Below, piece after piece: positions 12,785-26,912 of a DNA stretch of 64,000 nucleotides. The stretch spans positions 34,596,001-34,660,000 of the forward strand of contig OX597839.1 in assembly GCA_951406725.2 (NCBI GenBank), written 5' to 3'. Numbering within the stretch: the stretch's first letter is position 1; the number at the start of each line of letters is the position of its first letter. This DNA is from Octopus vulgaris. Its lineage: Eukaryota. Position numbers and translations under genes: made by a program. The notes beneath the pieces were generated by a model, which was not told the origin of the DNA, ran no database searches, and saw only the letters and a program-made list of their open reading frames with translations.

Positions 12785-14262
12785 GTGTTCAATGTGGAAA
12801 CTAGGAATGGATGAATGATTTAGAGCTGTACAAGACACAAGGATGCGGTCAGTAAGGTGAGGGTTGGCAATGAGTATAGCGATGGATTCAGTGTACAAGT
12901 AGGGGTTCACTAAGGATCAGTCCTCAGCCCCCTCTTATTCATCATAGTCCTCCAGGCAATAACAAAGAAATTTAACCCTACGCTGGTGACCATGTTCTTA
13001 TAACTGAATCCCTTCCGGAACTAGAGACGAAATTTCAGACATGGAAGTAAGATCTAGAATCAAAGTCTTAGTAAGTAGGAAGATGGAGAAAACACAAATC
13101 CCTTCAGGTAGATGGCCCTGCTCGATATGCAGAAAAGGCATAGGTAGTAACTCTGTAAGACGTACCTAGTGCAAGCTATAGACATATAAGAGGTGCAGCA
13201 ATATCAGAGGAAGGTTAACAAGGAAAATAGTCTTGGTGTGTGGAAGGTGCACAGGTACAATAAACACTGAAAATGGGCAGAAAATAGACTCTATCAAATG
13301 TCGGGGGGGGGGGTTAGATGTAGTTGATAAGTTTTGTAATCTAGGTAAGCAAGCCAGTAGCAGAGTTGGATGCTCCAAGAGGGTAGCTACTAAAATAGGA
13401 ACAGGCTGGGCAAAGTTCAGAGAGCTCCTACCTCTGTTTTGCAACAAGGGGCCTTTCCCTCAGAGCGGAAGGCAGATTATATGATGACTATTGCACAAAC
13501 AGCCATACAGCAATGAAACATGAGCTGTGACTGCTGAGGACATGCATAGGCTTGAAAGAAATGAAGCTGGTACGCTTCACCAGATGTGCAATGTCAGTGT
13601 GCATGTGTGACAGAGTTTAAGTATCTAGAGCAGTGGTTTTCAACCAGGGTTCCACCAGTACAGTCCAGGGGTTCCACAAGAAGTTACAAAAATGCTAAAA
13701 TTGACAGTAATTTTTAATTCTCCTGTACAGATATGTGTGCATAAGACAATTAAATTATTGCACAGGGGTTCCTCGAGCCAGTGGAATGTTTCCTTGGGGT
13801 TCCGCTCTAGCAAAACGATTGAAAAGCACTGATCTAGAGAGTAAAGTCGGGCCTTAAGAGGAATCAAATGTGGGCATGCAAGAGAGACAACAGTGCCACT
13901 AGTGTCAGGTGATGCGTATGGACAAAGACAGTGGCTGGAACCTAGAGAAGAGATAGACCCAGGAAAACATGGGATGAGGTGGTGAAGTATGATCTTTGAA
14001 CATTGGGCCTCACTGAGTTGAGGACAAGCGACCAAAATCTTTGGTGGTTTGCCATGCTTGAGAAAATTCATCAAACCAAGTGAAATGCTGGTGTTATGTA
14101 AATGGCACCCATGCGGGTGGCACATAAAAGCACCCATTATATCCTCTGAGTAGTTGGCATTAGGAAGGGCAACCAGCCGCGGAAACCATACCAAATCAGA
14201 CTGGAACTTGGTACAGCTCTCTGGCTTATTGTTAACAGGGAAAGTAGATGTTAAATGATGAT
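12785..14262 (+). mobile_element. Decayed RTE-clade LINE, 3' part (RT domain, Cys-rich insert, 3' UTR)
   Basis: Translates to VRVGNEYSDGFSVQVGVH*GSVLSPLLFIIVLQAI, a degenerate YADD (tacgctggtgac), WPCSICRKG..C..C and LDVVDKFCNLG..GWAKFRELLPL. Contains stops and frameshifts; ends in a (GAT)n-type tail. Confidence 0.85.
13631..13831. mobile_element. hAT/Charlie-type MITE nested in the RTE LINE
   Basis: TIRs cagtggttttcaa / ttgaaaagcactg. Perfect 8-bp TSD atctagag at 13623-13630 and 13832-13839, matching the Charlie NTCTAGAN preference. Confidence 0.9.
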
Positions 14263-14627
14263 AATTAAATTCTCCAGTATGGCCACAGTCAAATGAATCA
14301 ACCTTAACACTATTTTTTTCTTTTTTTAAAACCTGGTGCTTGTTCTATCGGCCGAACAGCTAGGTTTTTGGAACATAAACACACCAACACCAGCTGTCAA
14401 GTAGAGATGAGGGGATATAGGAGTGTACAATTGGATAAAATTTAAATTCTTCTCTTTTATGTGAATGAATATTGGAGTCTGCACTTGAAAACACACCTCG
14501 TTCGCCTACAAGTGGTAACCTACACGCTACCTAAACATAATCTAACAAGCCATCTTCCTCTCACTCTCACACACACACACACACAAAGTCCCTTTCTTGT
14601 TCCGTATCTGTGAAACGATACTCCCTT

Positions 14628-15045
14628 AGGGCGGTGAGCTGGCAAGATCGTTAGCACGCCGGGCAAAATGTTTAACAGTATTTCATCTGCCGTTACGTTC
14701 TGAGTTCGAATTCCGCCGAGGTCGACTTAGCCTTTCATCCTTTCGGGGTCGATTAAACGAGTACCAGTTACACACTGGGTTCGATACAATCAACTTAATC
14801 TGTTTGTCTGTCCTTGTTTGTCCCCTCTGTGTTTAGCCCCTTGTGGGTAATAAAGAAATAGGTATTTCATCTGCCGTTACGTTCTGAGTTCGAATTCCGC
14901 CGAGGTCGACTTAGCCTTTCATCCTTTCGGGAGTCGATTAAATGAGTACCAGTTACACACTGGGGTCGATACAATCAACTTAATCTGTTTGTCTGTCCTT
15001 GTTTGTCCCCTCTGTGTTTAGCCCCTTGTGAGCAGTAAAGAAATA
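14628..15045 (+). mobile_element. SINE family B with duplicated body and tail
   Basis: TSD gatactccctt at 14617-14627 and 15046-15056; internal junction aagaaata|ggtatttc. Confidence 0.88.
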
Positions 15046-15944
15046 GATACTCCCTTTTTCCTCAACCGTTTTCCCACTTCGACTACCGACTCCCTCACCA
15101 ACACACGTGTCTCTCCAAACCCCCTTTATCAAGCAATCAATCGCATCATTCCTTTCATCTGAGGACGTGTTACAGACTTAACTCGGTAATTAACAGCCAA
15201 TCCATGCTTTTAAAACAATCTTGGCTGCTACACACGGAATAGAGTTTTAGTCGCAGAAAAGAATTCCAAAAATTGGATAAAATGTAAATTCTTCTCTTTT
15301 ATGTGAATGAATATTGGAGTCTGCACTTGAAAACACACCTCGCTCGCCTCTGCCTTTCATATGCGCACACCCACGCTATATATGGCGATTAAAGCAGAGA
15401 ACTGTACCCGACAGTATATTCTATACACACGTGTGACAGTATGTACGCATGTGTGTGTGTGTGTGATTATTATATAGAAGTGTATATATGTATGCGCATA
15501 TATATATATCTGCATATAGGGTATCTGTAAACATTTGTGTATATGTATGTATATACACGTGTGTATGAGCATATATATATATGTAAATATATATATAGAC
15601 GTGTATATATATATATGGCCACAGCTCGTGAGCTGAAACTAGATAAAATAAAATAAAAATAAAATATATATATATATATATATATGTAGACGTGTATATA
15701 CGTCATTATGTGTATATATAAAATAATCCACATTCCCCCCACCCCTCTCCCCTGTACACTCCTATATTCTTTCTTTTCTATTCAACTCCCACACTGTCCG
15801 CCCACCCCCAACACCCACACATCCATACCATTAGTACCCCCACCAACCACCCTTCTATACAAACCTCCACCTACTTACAACATTAACCTACTAGAAATAG
15901 CAGTAATATCAACCGCAATCTACACCGTATTGTCTTAAAAGTAA

Positions 15945-16342
15945 TCCTTTCCACTAAAGGCACAAGGGCCGAAATAATAGGGGAGGGGGCTAAGACGATT
16001 ACATCGATCCCCACCCCAATGCTTGACTGGTACTAACCTTACTGACTCCGAAAGGATGAACGGTAAAGTTGACCTCAGTGGAATTTGAACTCAGAACGTA
16101 AAGACGGACGAAATACCTATTTCTTTATTACCCACAAGGGGCTAAACATACAGGGAACAAAAAAGGACAGACAAACGGATTAAGTCGATTATATCGACCC
16201 CAGTGCGTAACTGGTACTTATTTAATCGACCCCGAAAGGATGAAAGTCAAAGTCGACCTCGGCGGAATTTGAACTCAGAACGTAACGGCAGACGGAAATA
16301 CCGCTAAGCATTTCGCCCGGCGTGCTAACGTTTCTGCCAGCT
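15945..16342 (-). mobile_element. SINE family B, duplicated body
   Basis: Reverse complement matches family B; junction cgaaatacc|tatttcttt near 16115. Confidence 0.8.
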
Positions 16343-16600
16343 ATGATGCAGGCCTAAATACACTAAGTTTGTGGGGGGAAAGACGAGATGGTCACAAATG
16401 GAATGCGTTTCGTAAAGACGATGACCAAAGTCCACACACACAGACACACACACGTACGGTCACTTTGTCAGTGATTTATAATGGTGCAGACACACACACA
16501 AATAGAAATATACGCACAACAAAGAAATGCCTAACATATACACGCATATATACATACATAACAGACGTCGACACACGTACACGAACATATATATATATAT

Positions 16601-16778
16601 AGGAGTGGCTGTGTGGTAAGTAGCTTGTTTACCAACCACATGGTTCCGAGTTCAGTCCCACTGCGTGGCACCTTGGGCAAGTGTCTTCACCTATAGCCTA
16701 CGGCCGACCAAACCCTTTTGAGTGGATTTGGTAGACGGAAACTGAAAGAAGCCCGTCGTATATATGTATGTATATATG

Positions 16779-16859
<81 letters not shown>

Positions 16860-17107
16860 ATATATATACGTGTGTGTGTGTGTGCATGTTTGTGTGTCTG
16901 TGTTTGTCCCCCAAGCATCACTTGACAACCGATGCTGATGTGTTTATGTCCCCCGTCACTTAGCGGTTCGGCAAGAGAGACCGATAGAATAAGTACTGGG
17001 CTTACAAAGAATAAGTCCCGGGGTCGATTTGTTCGACTAAAGGCGGTGCTCCAGCATGGCCGCTGTCAACTGACTGAAACAAGTAAAAGAGTAAAAAGAG
17101 AAAGAGT
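16601..17107 (+). mobile_element. SINE family A, full length, flanked by (TA)n
   Basis: Head, internal microsatellite and tail all present; TA runs on both sides. Confidence 0.88.
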
Positions 17108-17759
17108 ATATATATATATGCAAACATGTATACATACACACGACTATACGCACATTCACACACACACACACACACACATGATCGCGCACACGCACACCCT
17201 ACACACACGTGGAAGAGAGGTGCATACAAACTATGCCTCACAAACTCGCTTTTCAACCTCGCTTCTAACGGTGCATACACGAACGAGTGTGTGTGTGTGT
17301 TCAGTGGAAACCAACAAGCCAGGCCTCACAGCAGACAAACACTACTTTTTAACCCCACATTCCACACAAAACACCCAACTCCTCGCTCGCTCGCCCTCCC
17401 TCTTCCCTCGTACACCAAAAACCATAACACATACCACAACGTTTTATTCACCACACACACGCACTAACATCCGACCAACTTTCATTCACACACATCCCTG
17501 ATACTACTATCAACCATAGCTACTACTACCACCACGCACAAAACACGACATTATTTCGTTTCATTCACTACACATCACACTTACAAGGGCGGCATAATAG
17601 AAAATGCTCCGTCTTGCTACTATATATCTCTCTCATCTATTTATAACACACACACACACACAACTGACATTGTAGAGGAGGTGTGTCTGGGCTGCTTGTA
17701 CACGTGTGGCCATTCCAGCCTGCACACGCGTTGTATATAATAATAATGATAATAATTTC

Positions 17760-18228
17760 GGCGATCTTTCGTCTCTAGTAGACCTTTCCGTCGATTTCCG
17801 TAAAAAACATTTTTTTTTCTTACATATGGGCTTGCGGGAACTTTTGAAGTAATGAGAGCGAAAGAGACTAAGAGAAAGCGATTGTATGACGAGGGAAGTT
17901 CTTTTGAAGTTACCCTGCATGGGAAGCATTGATGTACATGTGTGTGAATTTCAAAAGTTCCGTCGATTTCCGTAAAAAACATTTTTTTTTTTTACATATG
18001 GGCTTGCGGGAACTGTTGAAATTCAAACACACACACACACACACACACATGTACATCAATGCTTCCCATGCAGGGTAACTTCAAAAGAACTTCCCTCGTC
18101 ATACAATCGCTTTCTCTTAGTCTCTTTCGCTCTCATTACTTCAAAAGTTCCCGCAAGCCCATATGTAAAAAAAAAAAATGTTTTTTACGGAAATCGACGG
18201 AAAGGTCTACTAGAGACGAAAGATCGCC
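17760..18228. mobile_element. Foldback non-autonomous DNA transposon, Merlin-like
   Basis: Near-perfect inverted arms of ~187 bp starting GGCGATC. Perfect 8-bp TSD ataatttc at 17752-17759 and 18229-18236. Confidence 0.85.
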
Positions 18229-18507
18229 ATAATTTCATTTATTTGCCACAAGGACGAAGAATGGAGGGGGACAAATACGGAGTGCTGAGGTTTACATATA
18301 ATCCTTTCTGTTGAAGGCAACAAGGCCTTGAGATTTGCGTGGGAGGGTGGGGACTAAGTCGATTGCATCGACCCCGAAAGGATGAAAGGCAAAAACGACC
18401 TCGGCGGAACTTGAACTCAGAATGTAGCGGCAGAAACGATTCTGCCAGTTCGCCCATCATGGAGGTTCACATTTAATGAAATGATAAAAGAATTCTACAC
18501 GGTTTAG

Positions 18508-18890
18508 GTGGCTGTGTGGTAAGTAGCTTGCTTACCAACCACATGGTTCCAGGTTCAGTCCCACTGCGTGGCATCTTGGGCAAGGTGTCTTCTACTATAG
18601 CCTCGGACCGACCAATGCCTTGTGAGTGGATTTGGTAGACGGAAACTGAAAGAAGCCCATCGTATATATGTATATGTTTGTGTGTCTGTGTTGGTCCCTC
18701 CAACATCGCTTGACAACCGATGCTGGCGTGTTTACGTCTCCGTAACTTAGCGGTTCGGCAAAAGAGACCAATAGAATAAGTACTACGTTTACAAAGAATA
18801 AGTCCCGGGGTCGATTTCTTCGACTAAAGGCACTGCTCCAGCATGACCGACCGCAGTCAAATGACTGAAACAAGTAAACGAATAAAAGAA
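18508..18890 (+). mobile_element. SINE family A
   Basis: Head-to-tail match to the family. Confidence 0.85.
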
Positions 18891-19499
18891 TATACACATG
18901 TATGTATGTATCTACATGTCTGTCTAATGTGACAACCGGTGTTGGTGTGTTTACGTCCCTGTGCTTTAGCTGTTCAGCGAACGAAACCAATATCTTTAAA
19001 AGTTTGGTATTTATTCTAAGTATTCGGGGTTGATTTGTCGGACTAAAATCACACGAAGCAGTCGAACGACAAACGATTGACAACAGAAAGAGACGCAGGA
19101 ACACGCTGGGGGTTGCGGTATTTGGCTGTTGTTTCCAGCAGATCGGAGGAGCTCGTCTCAAGAAAGACGACGCAGAACAGAGAAGAAAACCCAGGCAAGT
19201 CACAGACATTCCACAAATGGTTGGTTTGGTTGGTGTCGATGGGGGGGAAAGGGGGGAATGTGATCAAAGGGGGTGAAAAATGCAGGATTCCTGTTGGGGG
19301 TGGTGGGGGAGATGGGGGAAAGGGGGGGTGAACAGAATGTGATGATATAAATAAAATATGGATAAAAGAAAAGCACACAAACTTGAAAAAGGGGACAGTT
19401 GAGAATTTCAAACACAGAAAAAGAAAAAAAAGAGGGAAGAAGGGAACTCCCACGTTTGTAAAATATTTAAACCTGTACCAACAGAAATTTGAAACTGGG

Positions 19500-19775
19500 T
19501 TGGATGGTGGTGGTGGTAGTGGTGGCGGTGGATTTAGTAGTAGTAGTAGAAGTAGTGGTGGAAGTTGGTAGTAGTAGTAGTAGTGGTGGTGGTGATAGTA
19601 GAAGTTGGTAGCGTGGTGGTAGTAGTAGTTGTAGTAGTGGTGGTGGTGGTGGGAGAAGTTGGTAGCATGGTGGTGGTAGTAGTTGTAGTAGTAGTGGTGA
19701 TGGTAGTAGTGGTGGTGGTGATAGTAGTAGTAGTAGCAATGGTGCTAGTGGTAGTATAGGTAGCAGTGGTGGTGG
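19500..19775. repeat. (GTA/GTG)n trinucleotide microsatellite complex
   Basis: Directly visible. Confidence 0.9.
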
Positions 19776-20820
19776 CATAACCAGTCCCCAGGGAGTGTGC
19801 ATTGTGGTCTTTCAATTGACTGCATGTGTGTGGGTCGCAGGTGCACTCGACCTGCTGGACAAAACAGCCGACACACCCTGACATAATAATGCCTTGATGA
19901 GGACAAAGGGAGGGGTTGCGGCGTGAGGTGGGGGGTGACGTTGGATTAAGGGAGAGATCATTCACCTTTGATCACTCACCGACCCGACTGATCAATGCTG
20001 ACCTGTAGTCAGTCAACAAACAACAACAACAACCACTAATCAATAACCAATCAATAATACACGTGTCTCAGTATGCATGTGTATTGCGGCTGTGTGGTAA
20101 GAAGCTTGCTTCCCAATCGCATGGTTTCAAGTTCAGTCCCATTGCACAGCATTTTGGCATGGGTTGAACGGTTTGACAGGAGCCGGCCAGACAGAAGACT
20201 GCACCGGACTTGCGTGCGTGTTTTGGTAGGGTTTTTTCCAGCTGGATGCCCTTCCTGACATCAACCACCCAGCAGAGTGGACTTAGCGCTTTTTACTTGT
20301 CACAAGTACAGACGAGGTCAGTTTTGGCAAGGTTTTTACAGCTGGATGCTCTTCCCAACCCCAACCACCCAGCAGAGTGGACTTAGTGCTTTTTACATGG
20401 CACCACCACAAGCAAGGTCAGTTTCAGCAGGGTTTTTACATCTGAATGCCCTTCCAAATGCCAACCACTTTACGGTGCTGGTTGGATGCTTTTTAAGAGG
20501 CACCTGCACTGACAGGGTTAAGAAAAGACAGAGACAGGTAAAGGGAACAACAAGCAAGGTGTGTTATTTTGACGCTCACGAAAAAAATGGAGAGTTTTTG
20601 ATGTTTTGAGTCTATGCTCTTTTTCAGAAAAGAATGAGAGAAAACAGATGGAGAGTGTGGGGGGAAGGGGACAGAAAACAATGTACCTGGATTAATGGTC
20701 GCACATACTGAATTCACATAAATTTAAGTTACAGGGATGTAGACAAACCAACACTGGCTGTCAAGTGGTGGGGGACAACTACAGACATGGACACACACAC
20801 ACATATATATATGTATATAT

Positions 20821-20998
20821 GTGGCACGTAAAAAGCACCCACTACATTCTCGGAGTGGTTGGCATTAGGAAGGGCATCCAGCTGAAGAAACTCTGCCAGA
20901 TCAAGACTGGAGTCTGGTGCAGCCATCTGGTTGCCAGCCCTCAGTCAAAACCGTCCAACCCATACTAGCATGGAAAACGGAGATTAAACGATGATGAT
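20821..20998 (+). mobile_element. RTE LINE 3'-end fragment with (GAT)n tail
   Basis: ggcacgtaaaaagcaccc...gttggcattaggaagggcatcc...aaacgatgatgat, the same sequence as the 3' UTR of the 12785-14262 element. Confidence 0.75.
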
Positions 20999-22810
20999 AT
21001 GTGTATATATATGTATATATACACACACACACACACTCACGCATTTTCCAGTTCCCTTCCAGCAAATCGACTCACAAGGCTTTGGTCAGCCCAAGGCTAT
21101 AACAGAAGACACTTGCCCAAGGTGCCACGCAGTGGGACTGAACACAGAACCATGAGGATGGGAAGCAAGCTACTTACCACACAGCCACTCCTAGTATGAC
21201 ATTGATGGGTGAGAGTGAAAGGCCAGATATGGACCCTGGATATGGCAAGCTTAAATGGTGAAAGATTAAACAGCGAATAGCTATGAGGGTCCACACAAGT
21301 AAAATAGGAATAAAAAAGGTCCCAAGGTGAAAAAAAAGGGTTGAGTACCACCAAGTCATTCTATTAGTCTCTATTTGCTGAACTGCAAAGTTACAGGGAC
21401 ATAAACACACATACATGGGAGACAACACCAAAGCCAATTAAATATGGTCCAAATTTGTGGCTGATTTACTAGTAATAACAGCCAATTTCTAATGAAAGGT
21501 CAAAGAGGGACTGAAGACCCCTTCCTTGTCCACTTGCACTGACCGAAAGATAGTGATAATGACAGCAGAGTTGAAGATAATTATTATAATGATGATGATA
21601 ACCTCCTTAATAATAATAATGTCGGTAATTATTTTAACGATGAAAACGGTAAAATTAACACACACACACACAGAGGCATTTCAGCATCCTATGGAAAATG
21701 GTGATGGTGGTGGCATTTGGGATAACTATGACAACGGTGAACAGGAAACGATGATGGTTAGTGATGTGATGATGGTGGTTGTGGTAGTAGCAATGATGGT
21801 GGTGATGATGATGATGATGATGGATAAGGGATATGTAAAACGATGATGGTTGTGATGGTAATTGATGGTGGTGGTGGTGGTGGTGGTGGTGGTTGCGGTG
21901 GTGATGATAGCCTTGAGATCTGTTCCATTCCTGGCATTTCTTTCACAGTGGCAGCAGCATCCAAACTCTCAAGGTCTGTTTCTGCTGACTCAACCAAATC
22001 TGCCCACCCCCACCTAAGCTGGCAATAAACGGTAACCAATCAACCACTCTACTTCAACCACCACCACCACCAACAACAACACATACTATCAGAATAAATC
22101 AATTTTACCGTCATCAGGTTCAATTTGAACCCACTTCCCTCTGGTTTACAGAGGCAAGCCATCACACAGCCAACCCGCAATATAGTCACAACAGACTCCG
22201 GTCCATCCCACAATTCCTCCAGGTTCTCTAGATTGGATCAATAATTACCATATTCCATATTCTTTCAAGTTATAATTAGATTTTTTTTTTACCATTCTCC
22301 TTTCATTATAGAATCAGCATCGGGGTGGGAAGTAGTGGGGTCTTTTCTTTTCCCCCGTTTTGTCATTTTCACTTACTTCATACCCCTACCCCCATTCATT
22401 CCTTTATTCCACCACCCCCACCCCCAATACAGTCCCTTTTATGCTCATTCGTCTTGCAAATTCCATCATTATATCCAGGTTACATGACCTGGGACCAAAC
22501 CCCCACCACCGTGTTCTAATTCCTTGACTATAACCCCATCCCAACCCAGCCCCACCCGTTTATTAACTGCTTTTGTTCTTTTATTTCACTTGCTTCAACC
22601 ATTAGGCTGTGGCCATGCTGGGGCACCACTCTTGAAAAATTTTCAGTCAAATGAAGCCATGCCAGCACTTATTTTGGCAGGGTTAGGCTTCATACTTGTT
22701 CCAGTCTCCTTTGTCAAACCACCATGTCACAGGGACGTAAACAAACCAACACCAGATGCCAAGCAATGGAGGGAAAGGACAAACATAGATTGACCATAAT
22801 GAATATATAT

Positions 22811-23205
22811 TACTCTCTTTTACTTGTTTCAGTCATTTGACTGTGGCCATGCTGGAGCACCGCCTTTAATCGAGCAACTCGACCCCGGGACTTATTCTTT
22901 GTAACCCCAGTACTTATTCTATCGATCTCTTTTGCCGAACCGCTGATTTACGGGGACGTAAACACACCAGCATCGGTTGTTAAGCAATGCTAGAGGGACA
23001 CACAGACATACACGCACACACATACACATATATATATATATACATATATACGATGGGCTTCTTTCAGTTTCCGTCTACCAAATCCACTCACAAGGCTTTG
23101 GTTGGCCCGAGGCTATAGCAGAAGACACTTGCCCAAGGTTCCACGCAGTGGGACTGAACCCGGAACCATGTGGTTGGTAAACAAGCTACTTACCACACAG
23201 CCACT
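22811..23205 (-). mobile_element. SINE family A
   Basis: Full reverse-complement match. Confidence 0.88.
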
Positions 23206-23724
23206 ATACACTTCTATTAATAAATATGTGTGTGTGTGTGTGTGATATCTAACCACCTGAGACTAGATGATTCTGTGTTACAAAGTTCCTGGTTTAAAGA
23301 TCAAAATTAAGATTTACTTTAAAATCACATGTTGATTAATATTCTAAATACTTAATAGCCACACAGGTATTTGACTAAATTACTTTCAAAATTAAGTGAA
23401 GCATAAATATGGTAACAGAAGGATTAAAAGTGACCTAAATTAAAACCTTACATCAGAATTTCATGTTTGCTTATGTCCCAAACATCTGCTGCTTAATAAG
23501 GAGTTGTCTTCTGAAATTCTTCAGTTTTTCCAAAATTAATTGAAACAAAAGCAGTGGATTTCAACAGGAATATGCTAACAGAATGGTTAATCTTGAAGAA
23601 TTTCTGAAAACTGGTGTTTGGTAGAAAATGGGGACTGCGGTTGAATGGAATGTATGTTCCCTATCAAAAGGTCTGAATGGTGGCCGGGGGGGGGGGGGGG
23701 GGGCTTGAATGCATCCATAGGGAC

Positions 23725-24098
23725 TTACTCTTTTACTCGTTTCAGTCATTTGACTGCGACCATGCTGGAGCACCGCCTTTAATCGACCAACTCGACCCAA
23801 GGACTTATTCTTTGTAAGCCCAGTACTTATTCTATCGGTCTCTTTGCCAAGCCGCTAAGTGACGGGGACATAAACACACCAGCATCGGTTGTCAAGCAAT
23901 GCTAGGGGGACAGACACAGACATACAAACTCACACACACACACATATATATATATCATCATCATCATCATATATATATACGACAGGCTTCTTTCAGTTTC
24001 CGTCTACCAAATCCACTCACAAGGCTTTGGTCGGCCTGAGGCTATAGTAGAAGACACTTGCCGAAGGTGCCACGCAGTGGGACTGAACCCGGAACCAT
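23725..24098 (-). mobile_element. SINE family A, 5'-truncated
   Basis: Tail through B box present. Confidence 0.85.
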
Positions 24099-25425
24099 AC
24101 TTGAATACTTTTTTTTTGTATTTTTTTAAACTTCTTGCAGTCATTGGACTGGCCATGCTGGGGCAACCCCCTTGAAAGGTTTTTTGTCAAAAGTATGTTG
24201 AACCTAGTACTTATTAGCTTCTTTTGAGATTAGAGGGACATAAACAAACCAACACTGGTTTCAAGCTCATGGGAGGAGATGCATGCATGCACACACAGAG
24301 GACATAGACTTCCTTGTTTCTATCCACCATTTCCACGTACAGGGCTCTGGTTGGGCCGAGGCTTTAGTAAAAAAAGACATGCCCAAGAAGTCACACAGTG
24401 GGACTGAACCCAGAACCATGTGGTTGGGAAACAAACTTATTACCTCTCTAGAGCCACATAAAAATATAAACAAAAAAATACATCCTCAAGTAAGAGTTTT
24501 AAAACCTTTCATCTTATACTGGGTCCTTCTGCTGGTCCTTTGTTTCTCTCCCTACTGACACCTCCCCTCTCCACTCACTTTCACTTGTCAACCTTCAGCT
24601 GCAGCCCCTTTTAATAAAGTTCCCCTTTAATATTCTGCTTGCTTGCTTGCTTTCCCTTCCTTTCTCCCTTGCCATCGCCTTGTCCCCTTGTCCATTGACA
24701 TTATTTCAAGATAGAATGATAGGAATTTAAGGGGTCCACGGGGGGGGGGGTGAAGGAAAGGAGACTGTTGGCAAAAGTCAAACCAATATTTGCTAGTACT
24801 GCCCTTTTTTTTCCCCTTCCCCTTTCTTCCCACCAAACCCCAACTCCCACTGCACCCAGTTCAAGACTAATTGGTTGTGGCAAGATGGCAGAATCGTTAG
24901 CACACAGTGCTTAGTAGCATTCCATCTGTCATTCTGAGTTCAAATTCTGCCACGGTTGACTTTTGCCTTTCATCTTCTCAGAGTTGATAAAATAAGAACC
25001 AGTGAAACATTGGTGGTGGTGGGGTCGATGTAATTGACTTATCTTCTCTTGGAGTGGTTGGCGTTAGCACTCACTACTCTCTCGGAGTGGTTGGCATTAG
25101 GAAAGGCATCCAGCTGTAGAAACTCTGCCAGATCAGACTGGAGCCTGGTGTAGCCTTCTGGTTCACCAGTCCTCAGTCAAATCGTCCAACCCATGCTAGC
25201 ATGGAAAGCGGACGTTAAACGATGATGATGATGATGATGCTTAAATATGTTGGGCAATATACTGAGCATGAGTGGGCCCTGTCAGGCCAAGTGAAATCAA
25301 TCGCAGATGCCAGTGCCGTGTGACTGGCACCCATGCCAGCGGCACGTAAAAAGCACAGTTTGAACATTGAGCCACACAGAGGCAGCATCAGGTGACCAAC
25401 ACATTTGGTGGTATGAAGTGCTTGA

Positions 25426-25815
25426 AAGGCGGCGATCTGGCAGAATCTTTAGCAGACCAGGCGAAATGCTTTGCGGTATTTCGTCTGTCGCTACGTTCTG
25501 AGTTCAAATTCCGCCGAGGTCAATTAAATAGGTACCAGTTACGCACTGGGGTCGATTTAATCAACTTAATCCGTTTGTCTGTCCTTGTTTGTCCCCTCTC
25601 TGTTTAGCCCCTTGTGGGTAGTAAAGGAATAGGTATTTCGTCTGCCGCTACGTTCTGAGTTCAAAATCCGCCGAGGTCGACTTTACTTTTCATCCTTTCG
25701 GGGTCGATTAAATATGTACCAGTTACGCACTGGGGTCAATATAATCAACTTAATCCGTTTGTCTGTCCTTGTTTGTCCTCTCTGTGTTTAGCCCCTTGTG
25801 GGTAGTAAAGAAATA
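25426..25815 (+). mobile_element. SINE family B with duplicated body
   Basis: TSD ggtatga(a/t)gtgcttga at 25410-25425 and 25816-25831. Confidence 0.88.
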
Positions 25816-26284
25816 GGTATGATGTGCTTGAGAAGACCTGCCAAGCCAAAAGAAATTGTAGCTGTTGCCGATGCTGGTGTCGTGACAGGCACGTGCGGAA
25901 AGTGTTTTCTACTATACACCTGGGTCAACCAAAGCCTTGTGAATGGTTCTTATAGAGAGGAACTGAAAGAAGCCGATCGTGTGCGAAACTGAGTATATGT
26001 TTGCATCGACCACAGTACGTAACTGGTACTTATTTTATCGACCATGAAAGGATGAAAAAGAAAGTCGACCTCAGTGGAATTTGAACTCAGAACATAAAGA
26101 TTAACAAAATGCCGCTGAGTACTTTGTCCGGTGTACTGACAATTCCACCAGATTGCTGCAACCTTTAGACTAAACTGAGTGCAGTGGGAGTGGGGGTCAT
26201 GGGAAAAAACAAGAAAGAAAGGCAGTACCAGCAAACTAACTTTTGAGTCCCTAACAGTCCCTTGTTAAGGGGTCAAATCATATT

Positions 26285-26460
26285 TATTTCTTTATTGCCC
26301 ACAGGGGGCTAAACATAGAGGGGACAGACAAAAGGATTAAGTCGATTACATCGACCCCAGTGCATAACTGGTACTTATTTAATCGACCCCGAAAGAATGA
26401 AAGGCAAAGTCGACCTCAGTGGAATTTGAACTTAGAACGTAGGGGCAGACGAAGTACTGG
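26285..26460 (-). mobile_element. SINE family B, 5'-truncated
   Basis: 19-bp TSD taaggggtcaaatcatatt at 26266-26284 and 26461-26479. Confidence 0.88.
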
Positions 26461-26501
26461 TAAGGGGTCAAATCATATTATGAAAAAAAAAATAATAATA
26501 A

Positions 26502-26912
26502 AGGCGCAGGAATGGCTGTGTGGTAAGTAGCTTGCTTAAGAACCACATGGTTCCGGGTTCAGTCCCACTGCGTGGCATCTTGGGCAAGTGTCTTCTGCTA
26601 TAGCCTCGGGCCGACCAATACCTTGTGAGTGGATTTGGTAGACGGAAACTGAAAGAAGCCCGTCGTATATATGTATATATGTGTGTATGTGTTTGTGTGT
26701 CTGTGTTTGCCCCCCTAGCATTGCTTGACAACCGATGCTGGTGTGTTTACGTCCCCGTCACTTAGCGGCTCGGCAAAAGAGACCGATAGAATAAGTACTG
26801 GGCTTACAAAAAATAAGTCCCAGGGTCGATTTGCTCGACTAAAGGCGGTGCTCCAGCATGGCCGCAGTCAAATGACTGAAACAAGTAAAAGAGAGTAAAA
26901 GAGAGAAAGAGA
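26502..26912 (+). mobile_element. SINE family A, full length
   Basis: Runs from aggcgcaggaatggctgtgtgg to aagtaaaagagag. Confidence 0.88.

Noticed and set aside
21758-22039. Minus-strand ORF with KEMPG, superficially like the SH2B PH motif LEMPD
   Set aside because: Surrounding residues do not match the PH continuation, and the frame runs into trinucleotide repeats.
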